Shown here piece after piece: positions 27,479 to 37,322 of a stretch of 64,000 bases of DNA. The position numbers and the translations under genes are program-made. Location of the stretch: positions 1-64,000 of the forward strand of contig JBFGZE010000009.1 in assembly GCA_041586955.1 (NCBI GenBank), in the 5' to 3' direction. Under the pieces are notes generated by a model that saw only the letters and a list, made by a program, of their open reading frames with translations, ran no database searches and was not told the origin of the DNA. This DNA comes from Bacteriovoracaceae bacterium (lineage in GTDB: Bacteria > Bdellovibrionota > Bacteriovoracia > Bacteriovoracales > Bacteriovoracaceae). Positions within the stretch are counted from its first letter, which is position 1, and each line of letters starts with the position of its first letter.

Positions 27479-29884
27479 TTATCTCTTTAAAAGAGTCAGC
27501 ATTTTGTTTTCAAACCCATACATGTCGAATAGGAAGGCGTTACCATAAACATCAGACCCAATGGCGGTATAAGCATCTCTTCTGGCCTGAAAAAAAGCGA
27601 GAATTTTTTGTTTTCCAGTTCTCATATTAACAGCGTGCTGAGTTGAGCCTGGATAGAGTATTGGAGAGTAACCGCGCTCCAATAAGAGCCTCCATTCTGC
27701 ATTAAAATTATTCTGCTCAGTTTTATTGATTTGTCCTAAAACGAAAGGTGATGGCAAGACTTTTGTTAAATAAGCAAGAAGCCATTGGTAGTATACTTTT
27801 TCAACACCCTCTTCATGGACCATAAATTTATTTTGGTTGAGTGCCACTAGCCAGGTATCTAAAATTTTTCTTTCGAGATAGTCAAAATAACGGTTGAGGT
27901 AATCTTCATTATCTTTACTCATATTGGGAAATGATTGGAAAACATCATCGGCCATATTCTTAACTAGAGCAATGCGTTGATTCTCATGTGGCCAAATATA
28001 ATCCTGCATAACAGAAATAAGGCCGCCAACTTCTTTAATTCCACTTTCGACGTAGCGATAAAGCTCATCTTGGTAATTCATTTGCTCTTCCCAGTTCATC
28101 TTGTCTGGAAATTGGTGACGAATAAAATAATATTGAGCATTGTGAGAAATCGATTTTAACCATGGTTTAAAATAATACTCTTGGATAAGGTTTAAGTCGG
28201 TCTTAGGCCGAAGCTTATATTGGTTATCTCCAAAGCTTTTGAGGTTGCCCTTTAGACGTCGGGTCAGGTTTTTGCTCAGCTTTTTAAAGTCTAATTTAAG
28301 AGTTTTAACCGGCTGACTAAATCGTGACCACGCCCCACAATCAATATATTTTCCTTTATTATTATCAGTACAAAAGGCCGGTATTTTATCAACCGTTTGA
28401 TTTTGATAATAGGCCCATTGAATGGCCGCTTGGTCATAAGGCAAGGCCAAACGCTGCTGGCGAATATAAGCTCCAGTCAAAGAAGCAATCGTTGTAGGGA
28501 CATAATCCATTACAGTACTTGCTGGCATAAGATCAGCTGGTAGGTAATCATTTAATAAATATTCTTCAAGTATGGTGGAGTAATTATCGCTATTGATATT
28601 AGTTGTTTCGTTACCAATAAAATTATGACGAAGGCCTAAAGTATGGCCAACTTCATGGGCGACAACTTGACGTACGTAGTCCATAGCGAAGCGCGTTTTT
28701 ATTTCTTCAGGGTCCGCTTTAAAGTCATTTTCGAGGTTTTCAAAAGTATGAATGAGATCAAAGGTGTCTTTGGGACTTTGAAAATCTTTATGTTGACAAG
28801 TTCCCATATGGGCCAGGCCCATTATACTTGGCGCCCTTGTAGGGATAATTCTTTCCAAGAGACGTCCAGCGCTAAGATAGGCCGAATTACCAAAAACAGA
28901 AGTCATATAAACATGGGCCTGCTGAGTTTCACCTGTTAGCGGGTCACCATAAATATTAGCGTAGGCAAAACCTGAGGAGTCCCAATCCATCCATTGAACG
29001 ATATTATAACCTGGGTCGTGAACTTCAACATCAGCGGGCAAAAGCCCCACCTTTAAAACTTCTTTACCAAAGACACGGTTCCAATAAAGAATGCCATCAC
29101 TAACGGCCTGGCGGTACTTGGCCGGGGTATTAGCTGAGAGGTAATACGTAATAGGAGCTTCTAGCGACCATTTAAGGATATTGATTATTTTTGTACCTTT
29201 ACCTGCTTCAAAGATAGGGAGTGCCTCAAAAAAGCCAACTCTTTTTTGGCCGTTGGAGATAACGGAAGTGAATTGTGGGTTAGGGTTATACGGTTTAAAG
29301 TGGTGCTTAAGGGTCATTCCACCCATTTCTTCTTGGCCCTTGGGCCCTTTAGACGTGATATTCACCAATTGTTTGATGAAGAGACCACCATTTTCTGTTT
29401 TGCTAATATCAACCCATGATTGGTTAATTGGGTAGTAGCCAGGCTTTGAGGGAGCGCTTTCGGAGCTACCCATTGGGCGTTCGTAAACCAAGTGAGTAAG
29501 GCCTTTATCCCAATCAACAAGAACCCCTTCTGACGATTTTTTTAAAATAGGGAATTTTGCCAAGATCGCTTTAGGAAGAATCGAGCGGGTTTCTAAAAGA
29601 CCTTCAAAATCCTGTAAAATAAGAAGACTATTATTATTGATTTGAAATTTGACAAGAAAAGCGCTGAGGTTATTCCCGGTTGCCGAAGGAGCACCTTGAA
29701 TGGCCGATCGAGACCAGATTAAGCGTTTGCCAATAAATTCTTTTTTGATCCAAACCCCAGAGGAGCTTTCAATATTTTCAGATCGTATACCTTCACTTGG
29801 TTTATTGACCGTTTGGTAAATTACTTTTTCCTGACATGAAGTCAAGAATAGTAAGGTAAGAATTAAAGATACGAATTTTTGCAT
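27479..29884 (-). CDS. Zinc-dependent metalloprotease lipoprotein (EcxA/DUF4953-like)
   Basis: LTSC lipobox; HEVGHTLGLRHN; Met-turn STVMDY; DPLTGE. Confidence 0.88.
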   Translation of the reverse strand: MQKFVSLILTLLFLTSCQEKVIYQTVNKPSEGIRSENIESSSGVWIKKEFIGKRLIWSRSAIQGAPSATGNNLSAFLVKFQINNNSLLILQDFEGLLETRSILPKAILAKFPILKKSSEGVLVDWDKGLTHLVYERPMGSSESAPSKPGYYPINQSWVDISKTENGGLFIKQLVNITSKGPKGQEEMGGMTLKHHFKPYNPNPQFTSVISNGQKRVGFFEALPIFEAGKGTKIINILKWSLEAPITYYLSANTPAKYRQAVSDGILYWNRVFGKEVLKVGLLPADVEVHDPGYNIVQWMDWDSSGFAYANIYGDPLTGETQQAHVYMTSVFGNSAYLSAGRLLERIIPTRAPSIMGLAHMGTCQHKDFQSPKDTFDLIHTFENLENDFKADPEEIKTRFAMDYVRQVVAHEVGHTLGLRHNFIGNETTNINSDNYSTILEEYLLNDYLPADLMPASTVMDYVPTTIASLTGAYIRQQRLALPYDQAAIQWAYYQNQTVDKIPAFCTDNNKGKYIDCGAWSRFSQPVKTLKLDFKKLSKNLTRRLKGNLKSFGDNQYKLRPKTDLNLIQEYYFKPWLKSISHNAQYYFIRHQFPDKMNWEEQMNYQDELYRYVESGIKEVGGLISVMQDYIWPHENQRIALVKNMADDVFQSFPNMSKDNEDYLNRYFDYLERKILDTWLVALNQNKFMVHEEGVEKVYYQWLLAYLTKVLPSPFVLGQINKTEQNNFNAEWRLLLERGYSPILYPGSTQHAVNMRTGKQKILAFFQARRDAYTAIGSDVYGNAFLFDMYGFENKMLTLLKR

Positions 29885-29994
29885 TTTTTCCCCGATATTG
29901 CTTTTCAGCTGTCTGTCTGTCGTTTATTTTGAGAAAGTCCGCAACGATATAATCATGACCACTTAAAGAGGTCAAGTATAACAAGGAGCGTCTT

Positions 29995-30612
29995 TTGCAA
30001 AGCAGTGTTATTGCTAAGGTCTTATTGGAAAATGAATGTGTTCAATTTTCTCCAGAGAACCCTTTTGTCTACGCCTCAGGCCTTAAAGGTCCTATTTATT
30101 GCGATAATAGACGCCTTTTAGGTTTTCCTGTTGCGCGCCAGCAAGTGGTTCGGGAATTATTGAGCGCATATAAAGATGAAGGATTTCATGGAGGTCTGGC
30201 AGGGCTTGCGACGGCCGGTATCCCTCACGCTAGCTTTTTAGCAGACCGTTTGGAGAAACCCCTCATTTATATCCGTTCTAGGCCTAAGGGCCATGGCCAG
30301 GGGAATCAGATTGAAGGAGCGTTTGAAGCGGGTCAATCTTTTGTTTTAGTGGAAGATCTTATCAATCAGGGAAGTAGTTTAGAGAAGGCGGTAATTGCTG
30401 CAAAAAACGGCCAAATAAAAATTGAGGGCGTGCTTTGTTTGGTTGATTATTTAATGCCAGCAGCTAAAGAGCGTTATAAGCGCTTAGGGCTTAAGGTCCG
30501 CTCTCTCGTTGATTTCAATGACTTACTGGATTGCGCCCGGGAAATGGGAACTTTGGATGCGAAGGGTCAGGAGATTTTGCGCAGATGGCATGAAGACCCT
30601 ATGAAGTGGTAA
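29995..30612 (+). CDS. pyrE: Orotate phosphoribosyltransferase
   Basis: ASGLKGPIYCDNR, ATAGIPHA, KGHG, LVEDLI; AAGGAG RBS before TTG. Confidence 0.93.
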   Translation: MQSSVIAKVLLENECVQFSPENPFVYASGLKGPIYCDNRRLLGFPVARQQVVRELLSAYKDEGFHGGLAGLATAGIPHASFLADRLEKPLIYIRSRPKGHGQGNQIEGAFEAGQSFVLVEDLINQGSSLEKAVIAAKNGQIKIEGVLCLVDYLMPAAKERYKRLGLKVRSLVDFNDLLDCAREMGTLDAKGQEILRRWHEDPMKW

Positions 30613-30741
30613 AATAATCTTTGAATTCACCCCGTTTATTAGGAAATTTTCTGACCAGCAACATTGCGCTTCCTTGGCGTTTCACTTATAGTGCCAGAAT
30701 ATTTCATTCAAAATATTCATGTGATTGTGGAGGTCAAAAAT

Positions 30742-32025
30742 ATGTCAGATACGGCCAAATTAGAATTAGAAGGTAAGACGCTAGAGCTTCCTATCATAAC
30801 TGGTAGTGAAGGTGAGAAGGCGATTGATATTCGTCAGCTTAGAGCGAACACTGGTTTTGTAACCCTTGATAATGGGTTTATGAACAGTGGGAGTTGCGAG
30901 TCAGCGATTACTTTTCTCAATGGCGAAAAAGGAATTTTACGTTATCGCGGTTACCCAATTGAACAATTAGCTGATTCTTCTAGCTTTGTTGAGGTGGCCT
31001 ACCTTTTGACATATGGAAATCTTCCGACGCAAGAGCAACTGAACACACTTGATCAAAAAATTAAAAATATTAAGCAATTGCCAGAGGGACTATTGCAATT
31101 AATCCAAACTTTTCCAAAAGATGCTCACCCAATGGGAGCGATTTCTTCTGCTATGGTGGCCTTATCGGCTTACCATCCTGAATTGGAAAAATCGGATATG
31201 ACAGCAGAGGAAATGGATAATGCTCTCCCTCTATTGATGGGTTACACCAAACTTATTCTGGGCGCCTTTTACCGTCATGCTCAAGGCAAAGCGCCTTTAG
31301 AGAGCTCTGACGAGAAAGATTATGCGAGCGATTTTTTAAATCTTATGTTTAATGGTCCTGGAGCAAATATTACGCCAGCGGTGGCGAAGGCCCTCGATGT
31401 ACTTCTTATTCTTCACGCCGATCATGAGCAGAATTGTTCGGCCTCAACAGTTCGTGTTGTCGGCTCAGGTCAGGCCAATATTTTTGCTTCCATTGCCAGT
31501 GGTATTAACGCTCTTTGGGGAAAACTCCATGGTGGAGCGAACCAAGCTGTTCTTGAAATGCTGCAAGAGATTCAAGAAAATGGTGGTGATTATAAATTAT
31601 ACCTGGCGAAGGCCAAAGATAAAAATGATCCATTCCGTTTAATGGGTTTTGGCCATCGTGTTTATAAAAACTTTGATCCACGGGCCAAGATTATAAAAAA
31701 GGCCTGCAATACTGTTCTCGAGCAATTGGGTGTTGAAGATCCTCTACTTGATATCGCTAAAGGTCTTGAAGAAGAAGCTCTTAAAGATGAGTACTTCGTA
31801 AAAAGAAATCTTTACCCCAATGTTGATTTTTATTCAGGGATTATCTATCGCGCCCTTGGCATTCCGACGAATCTTTTCACCGGAATGTTTGTTCTTGGAC
31901 GTCTTCCTGGTTGGATGGCGCAATGGCGCGAATTACGTGAAACTCCAGGTACTAAGATTTCTCGACCTCGTCAGATTTATACCGGTTCAAACGAGAGAGA
32001 TTACCGGCCGATTAGTGAACGTTAA
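30742..32025 (+). CDS. gltA: Citrate synthase
   Basis: LHADHEQNCS, HGGAN, MGFGHRVYKNFDPR, YPNVDFYSG; GGAGG RBS before ATG 30742. Confidence 0.97.
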   Translation: MSDTAKLELEGKTLELPIITGSEGEKAIDIRQLRANTGFVTLDNGFMNSGSCESAITFLNGEKGILRYRGYPIEQLADSSSFVEVAYLLTYGNLPTQEQLNTLDQKIKNIKQLPEGLLQLIQTFPKDAHPMGAISSAMVALSAYHPELEKSDMTAEEMDNALPLLMGYTKLILGAFYRHAQGKAPLESSDEKDYASDFLNLMFNGPGANITPAVAKALDVLLILHADHEQNCSASTVRVVGSGQANIFASIASGINALWGKLHGGANQAVLEMLQEIQENGGDYKLYLAKAKDKNDPFRLMGFGHRVYKNFDPRAKIIKKACNTVLEQLGVEDPLLDIAKGLEEEALKDEYFVKRNLYPNVDFYSGIIYRALGIPTNLFTGMFVLGRLPGWMAQWRELRETPGTKISRPRQIYTGSNERDYRPISER

Positions 32026-32050
32026 TCAATTTTTTTAAATAAGTTTTGAT

Positions 32051-32076
32051 AAGGCCCCTGTTTGGGGCCTTTTTTT
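32051..32076 (+). terminator. gltA terminator
   Basis: AAGGCCCC-TGTTT-GGGGCCTT followed by a T run. Confidence 0.85.
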
Positions 32077-32088
32077 ATAAGGATCTCT

Positions 32089-33147
32089 ATGGGCATTGAT
32101 AACCCAGCAACTATCAGACCATTTCTTTTATCTCCTCAAATAAAAGGGGATCAATTATTAAAATTATTAAAAGAGATGTCACTTAAATTTACTGTGAGTC
32201 GCGATAAGATTGGCGATTATGGCCTCGACGCAGATCGAGTGTCGGCCTATACTCTTTATTATACGCCAACGCATTTGCCTAAATTTCAATTTTTATTTTC
32301 CCATTTACCGATCGAGCTACAGGATCTATGGCCCAAGGCCGAGATTATCGATTATGGCATGGGCCCCGGCAGTTTTTCATTGGCCTACCTCCACGATCAT
32401 CCCCAGTTTTCTGGTGATATTTATGGCATCGACAAAAGTTCCTTGATGATTGAACAGGCCGAAAAATTGATGGCAGGACTGCATCCTAATGTCGCCTTCC
32501 ATACCGGCTTTGATATGGGAGTTATTCCTGCAAAATCAGCAAGAAAAAGAATACTTATTTTTGGCCATAGCCTTAATGAATTAGGCTTAATGACAGGAAA
32601 GGAAATTATTGCTCGTTTAAGGCCAGATCTCATTTTTGTTATTGAACCAGGAACTCATGCTGTTTTTCACGAGTTAGGATTGCCTATGCGCCAGCAACTG
32701 CAGGAGAGTTATGAATTACTTTATCCCTGCCGTGCGCCAGAAGCATCTTGCCCTATGATGCTTCAAAAAGATAATTGGTGCCATCAAGTTGTGAAATCAA
32801 TTCACCACGAAGATATCATGCGCTGGTCACAGCAATTGAATTTTAATCGTAAATACCAGCCGATGATGGGCATGTTATTCGGCGCCAGGGATCTTGAGTT
32901 GAACTCAACGTTAGCGACCGAAAAGGCGATTCTCTTTCGCCATATCAGTGAAACCAAATACGCTTTTATTTGGGAAGTCTGTCTCTCTCAAGGAGATGGT
33001 AATGAAATTGTGCAATTAGAAATGGTCAAAAAGAAGATGAGTAAGAGTGAGCAAAAGCAATTTAAAGATGCTTGCGCTGGACTAGAGGTTGATTTTAAAT
33101 TGGTTAAAAAGATAAGGCCTTTGTACTGGCGAGTCGAATTGATTTAA
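32089..33147 (+). CDS. Rsm22/METTL17-like SAM methyltransferase
   Basis: AYTLYY, IDYGMGPG, HSLNEL, VIEPGT, YPC..SCPM..WCH. Confidence 0.75.
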   Translation: MGIDNPATIRPFLLSPQIKGDQLLKLLKEMSLKFTVSRDKIGDYGLDADRVSAYTLYYTPTHLPKFQFLFSHLPIELQDLWPKAEIIDYGMGPGSFSLAYLHDHPQFSGDIYGIDKSSLMIEQAEKLMAGLHPNVAFHTGFDMGVIPAKSARKRILIFGHSLNELGLMTGKEIIARLRPDLIFVIEPGTHAVFHELGLPMRQQLQESYELLYPCRAPEASCPMMLQKDNWCHQVVKSIHHEDIMRWSQQLNFNRKYQPMMGMLFGARDLELNSTLATEKAILFRHISETKYAFIWEVCLSQGDGNEIVQLEMVKKKMSKSEQKQFKDACAGLEVDFKLVKKIRPLYWRVELI

Positions 33148-33175
33148 AAAAAAAGGCCGGATATTCATCCGGCCT
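33146..33175 (-). terminator. rpmE terminator
   Basis: AGGCCGGAT/ATCCGGCCT stem with a U-tract on the minus strand. Confidence 0.8.
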
Positions 33176-33202
33176 ATATATATGCAGGTATTTAAAAAAA
33201 GA

Positions 33203-33421
33203 TTATTTTTTCAAAGTTGAATAACGGTTACCGAATTTCTTACGGAATTTCTCGATACGACCTTCTGTATCGACGATTTTTTGCTTACCTGTATAGAAAG
33301 GGTGGCATGCAGCACAAATATCAATTTTTGCTAATTGAGTAGTTGAACGAGTTTGGTAAGTGGCTCCACAGACGCAAGAAACGTTGATTTCGTTGTATTC
33401 AGGATGGATATTCGCTTTCAT
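33203..33421 (-). CDS. rpmE: 50S ribosomal protein L31 (Zn-binding type)
   Basis: [25 protein letters not shown]. Confidence 0.97.
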   Translation of the reverse strand: MKANIHPEYNEINVSCVCGATYQTRSTTQLAKIDICAACHPFYTGKQKIVDTEGRIEKFRKKFGNRYSTLKK

Positions 33422-33560
33422 ATAAGGACCTCTTCATTGTTATTGCTTAATACAATAACGGGTTTTCGATTTTAATAGCCCGTAAGATGCCAAAATATCA
33501 TATTAAAGTCAATACTAAAGGTAGAAATTGGTATTCAAGAGAATCAAGAAAAAGGGAAGA

Positions 33561-33830
33561 TTAATGAGCACCACAACTGGAGCAGCCATCTTTATTAAGA
33601 GCGTCTTCATAAGGCCAATGGCCATATTTTTCGTTAATTAGCGCGAGGGCCTCTTCCAAAAGAGAGTGACTGGTTTGAAAAATTTCCTGATGATCATGAT
33701 CGGTACAGGTGACGTAATAGAGGAAGGTTCCCTCTTGTTCATGATCGCCACCGAAAGAAATAAAGGCTTTTAATTTCAGTGATTTAAAATATGTATGGGT
33801 CCAGTTTTCGCTGGTAATTAGCTCTTTCAT
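33561..33830 (-). CDS. Small hypothetical protein with a C-terminal CxxCxxH
   Basis: 89 aa ending GCSSCGAH; upstream promoter match. Confidence 0.7.
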   Translation of the reverse strand: MKELITSENWTHTYFKSLKLKAFISFGGDHEQEGTFLYYVTCTDHDHQEIFQTSHSLLEEALALINEKYGHWPYEDALNKDGCSSCGAH

Positions 33831-33838
33831 CTGGCGTC

Positions 33839-33867
33839 AGCATAACGCATTATGTGGTCATCGACAA
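33839..33867 (-). promoter_or_regulatory. Putative sigma70 promoter, 8 nt before ATG 33830
   Basis: TTGTCG-17 nt-TATGCT. Confidence 0.55.
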
Positions 33868-33963
33868 GGTAATTACGGAATAATCAGACTAAAGGGCTTG
33901 CCAAGAGGAGCGAAGAGATGTACATATTTTCTGATTTGAATTTTATTTTAAAGGGAGACCCAC

Positions 33964-34140
33964 ATGGCAAAGGGACCACGAGTTATTATAACATTAGAAT
34001 GTACTGAAGCACGAAAGTTGGGAAAATCTCCTTCGCGCTATACAACGACAAAAAACAAGAAAACGACACCTGATCGTTTAGAGCTTAAGAAATATAATCC
34101 AGCTCTTCGTCGTCATACGGTTCATAAAGAAATTAAATAA
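33964..34140 (+). CDS. rpmG: 50S ribosomal protein L33; not in the ORF track
   Basis: Hand translation [66 protein letters not shown]. Confidence 0.96.
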   Translation: MAKGPRVIITLECTEARKLGKSPSRYTTTKNKKTTPDRLELKKYNPALRRHTVHKEIK

Positions 34141-34165
34141 TTTACTTTTTTGAATAAGAAATTAT

Positions 34166-34195
34166 AAAAAGGCCCTCTGATATGAGGGCCTTTTT
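34166..34195. terminator. Bidirectional terminator
   Basis: A5-GGCCCTC-loop-GAGGGCC-T5 between convergent genes. Confidence 0.85.
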
Positions 34196-34207
34196 AGTTT
34201 TTATTGT

Positions 34208-35254
34208 TTAATAGAATATCTTCTTTATAGGAATTTTCGGTCGCCGTAGATCCTTAAGACGTGGGTTAAAATTACTATAGGCCTTTTTATCCAGAACATA
34301 GGGATGAAGGCGATTAGACGCCTTGATAACAAAATTCTTCCATCTATCAACACTAACACCATCAAGACGGCCAATAACATTGGAAACTGTATAGTGCAAA
34401 GTTCCCTGTTTGGTTTTGGCCACCACATGATAAGAAGGTTTTTCAAAATATTTTTCTAATTGTTTCTGGGCCTTTTGACTCTTTTTATCGAGGATAAAGC
34501 GACTTTTAAGAAGAGATAAGCTTTTGATATATTCGGTCACTTTTTTAGTGTCCAGTAGAACATTATGGCGGGTCTCTGTCCACTCCCCATTCTTTTTGGC
34601 CATGGAGAAGCGGATCTTATTTGCATTCACTTCATTGCGATAAATGGTAAAAGAGATGAGGTCTTGTTCTGCTAAGGTAAATATTCTTAAATCGATAAAA
34701 TTGGAGAGGGAATAAGATTCCCAGGCGAGAGGCCGTGATTCAATTTGAAAAATGGCCTTCTGGTTAGGGAGAGCTATATAAGTGGACTGATCTAAGCTAT
34801 TAAATAAACCAAATTGAATGGTTTCTTGAGTTTGATCTTTAAAAAGAATATTTAAGCTTAAGTTATCTTTTTCGAGAGAGAAATTCGCCAAGTTAATGGC
34901 ATCCATCTCATAAACTCTTTTGATTTTGAGATTTTGAATTAATTGAATAATATTTTCAACAATTGCTTGATTGGCAGGGAATTGTCGCGGCTCAACGAGA
35001 GTCCAAGTCGGCCCTTGGCCTTCTACTGCCGCCATAAGTTCAAACTTAAACTGACCCAGCCGATTTTTAATTGTGATTTGCTGTGGTTCAAGGCCCTTAT
35101 CTTTTTGAAAAACAAAACGATATTGGTCGAGCCCTTGGGCCAACTTCTCAGGCGCCTGGAAGAGGATAGAATAACCAAATCCTATGACGACTAAAACCAT
35201 AAAAAGAGTCAGGGCCAGGCCTGAGTTGCGATTGCGTGGATCTTTCGACTTCAC
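34208..35254 (-). CDS. DUF4340-like membrane-anchored periplasmic protein
   Basis: N-terminal TM; WTLVEPRQFPAN, LANFSLE, IQFG..STY, DLRIF repeat pattern. Confidence 0.7.
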   Translation of the reverse strand: MKSKDPRNRNSGLALTLFMVLVVIGFGYSILFQAPEKLAQGLDQYRFVFQKDKGLEPQQITIKNRLGQFKFELMAAVEGQGPTWTLVEPRQFPANQAIVENIIQLIQNLKIKRVYEMDAINLANFSLEKDNLSLNILFKDQTQETIQFGLFNSLDQSTYIALPNQKAIFQIESRPLAWESYSLSNFIDLRIFTLAEQDLISFTIYRNEVNANKIRFSMAKKNGEWTETRHNVLLDTKKVTEYIKSLSLLKSRFILDKKSQKAQKQLEKYFEKPSYHVVAKTKQGTLHYTVSNVIGRLDGVSVDRWKNFVIKASNRLHPYVLDKKAYSNFNPRLKDLRRPKIPIKKIFY

Positions 35255-35342
35255 TTGTTCTCCTTAATCCTCATTATTCTAACTTGCTAAATAGGTTCCG
35301 TATAGGTGAAGATAGTTGAGGATTTGCTTGAAGGAGGCAGAA

Positions 35343-35966
35343 ATGCTTAATCTCATCGAAGAGGGCGGCTTTATTATGGTCCCCTTGTTAATATTTAGCA
35401 TCATTTCCCTGGCGATTGCCCTGGAAAGAATGTGGTTTTTTCACTCAATCCGGACCGAGGTGGCGCTCATTTGCGAAAAAATGGAGGACCTTCTTCAGGA
35501 AAATAAAATAAATGAGGCGAAAGGCCTAGCGTTGGCCGCTCATCCCATTTTGCGCAGCTCTCTACGCGAATTATTTACTCTCGCAGATTTTAAAAAAGAA
35601 AAGCATTGGGAAGATCGCTTAAATCGCCGTTATCAAGAATTGCGAAACAAATTAAAAGGCCAAATGTGGGTTGTCGGGACAGTCGGCTCCTCTGCCCCTT
35701 TTATAGGACTTTTTGGAACCGTTGTGGGGATTATTAAGGCCTTTGCTTCAATGGCAGCTTCTGGGCGAGGAGGATTCGCGATTGTCGCCGCCGGACTTTC
35801 AGAGGCGCTTATTGCTACTGCGGCCGGTATTATTGTGGCGGTTATCGCGGTTATTCTTTATAATTTTTTACTGCAAAAATGGCAGCACCTAGGTTTACTT
35901 ATCAAGCATCGCTTGGAAGATATGAGCGATCAATTTAAAGAGGGAAGGCCGAGCGATGTCTCTTAA
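35343..35966 (+). CDS. MotA/TolQ/ExbB proton channel
   Basis: APFIGLFGTVVG; GLSEALIATAAG; AAGGAGG RBS. Confidence 0.9.
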   Translation: MLNLIEEGGFIMVPLLIFSIISLAIALERMWFFHSIRTEVALICEKMEDLLQENKINEAKGLALAAHPILRSSLRELFTLADFKKEKHWEDRLNRRYQELRNKLKGQMWVVGTVGSSAPFIGLFGTVVGIIKAFASMAASGRGGFAIVAAGLSEALIATAAGIIVAVIAVILYNFLLQKWQHLGLLIKHRLEDMSDQFKEGRPSDVS

Positions 35967-36372
35967 AAATGGCTTCGATGATGAAGAGATCATTTCAGAC
36001 ATTAATATGACCCCCTTGATAGATATTATGCTGGTTCTACTCATCATTTTTATGGTGACCTCGTCTATTAGTTTCCAACAAGGCCTAGGGGTGGATTTAC
36101 CTCAAGTTAGTCAAAAGGGTGAAATGGGAGAGGATGCCCCTCGCGCGATTATCGTGACTTTGACCAAAGAGGGGACTCTTTTTATGAACGGGAAAAAGGT
36201 TGCACTTGAAGATTATCAACAGCAATTAACCCTTTTATTAAAAGAAATGAAGACCACTCATATTGTCTTGGAAGGTGATCACCAGGCCCAATTGGGGACA
36301 GTGGTTAATTTAATGGACCAAGCGAAATTAGCTGGTGCCCAGCAGTTCTCGATAGCGACAGAAAGCAATTAA
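35956..36372 (+). CDS. ExbD/TolR family protein
   Basis: DINMTPLIDIMLVLLIIFMVT. Confidence 0.9.
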   Translation: MSLKNGFDDEEIISDINMTPLIDIMLVLLIIFMVTSSISFQQGLGVDLPQVSQKGEMGEDAPRAIIVTLTKEGTLFMNGKKVALEDYQQQLTLLLKEMKTTHIVLEGDHQAQLGTVVNLMDQAKLAGAQQFSIATESN

Positions 36373-37103
36373 AGATCGAGGTCGTCAAGGCCACCAAAGA
36401 CATCGTCTGTATCCTCTTCAACCTTTTTCTTTTTGACTTCAACCACTTCTGGAATTTCAGGTTCAACAGATTCGATAAATTGTCTTAAAAGTGTTTTTTC
36501 ACCAGGTTTTAAAAATGTGAAGCGTGCGGCGACTCGGTAACTCAATCGCTGAGAACTAATAACTCGACTTTGAATATTGAAAGGTCGACAATAATGGATT
36601 TCCGCATTAACGACAAAACGTTTGGGGACTTGAAATTCCATTACAATAGACTGTCCCTCCATAAAATTTTTTGAACAAAAAAAGTAAATTGTATTCATTG
36701 TGACTTCAGTTAAGACAGTCATGCCACGGTAGAGTTTCTCTGCCGGTATATTATGGGCGCCTCTTTGGATAATAGTCACACCATCATCCTCTGTGTTGCT
36801 TTCTTGATCATTATTTTCAACGGTAGTGAGCTCTGGAGTACTATGCTCATCATCCTCATTAGCATTATCATCGCTCGCTTCGGCATCATCACCATGGCCA
36901 CCATCAATAACTGTTAATTGAGGGCCATCAGAGTCAATCTGAGCTTTGAATTTATACTCTTCCAAGATATCTTCGATAGGGCAGTTTTCTAAACCTTGTT
37001 CAGCTCGTTTGGCAATAATTGTTTCAACTTCATCTCTAAGCGTCCAAACCTTAAGGAAAATCTTTTTAATAAATACCGGGTCTGTAGAGTTGCCGTGAAT
37101 CAC
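36369..37103 (-). CDS. Hypothetical protein with an acidic linker and a PilZ-like barrel
   Basis: GGAGG RBS before GTG; FMEGQSIVMEF..VNAEIHYC..YRVAARF..EKTLLRQFI follows the PilZ strand pattern. Confidence 0.65.
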   Translation of the reverse strand: MIHGNSTDPVFIKKIFLKVWTLRDEVETIIAKRAEQGLENCPIEDILEEYKFKAQIDSDGPQLTVIDGGHGDDAEASDDNANEDDEHSTPELTTVENNDQESNTEDDGVTIIQRGAHNIPAEKLYRGMTVLTEVTMNTIYFFCSKNFMEGQSIVMEFQVPKRFVVNAEIHYCRPFNIQSRVISSQRLSYRVAARFTFLKPGEKTLLRQFIESVEPEIPEVVEVKKKKVEEDTDDVFGGLDDLDL

Positions 37104-37322
37104 TTGAATCCTCCGTGGGCGTCATTCGTTGATACCTCTATTATGACCAATAATGATGCGTGGCGCCAGGGCGAGAGAGGTGCTGGAAAAATATTCCCGA
37201 TCAAAGCGCTATGAGTCAAAGGAGTATTCTATTAGAAATGTAAGCAAATAGAATTCTTTTTTGATGGTTTCAAGGTAAGAAGTCCTTAAACTGAAAGTAA
37301 GTCATAAAAAATCCAAGGAGGG

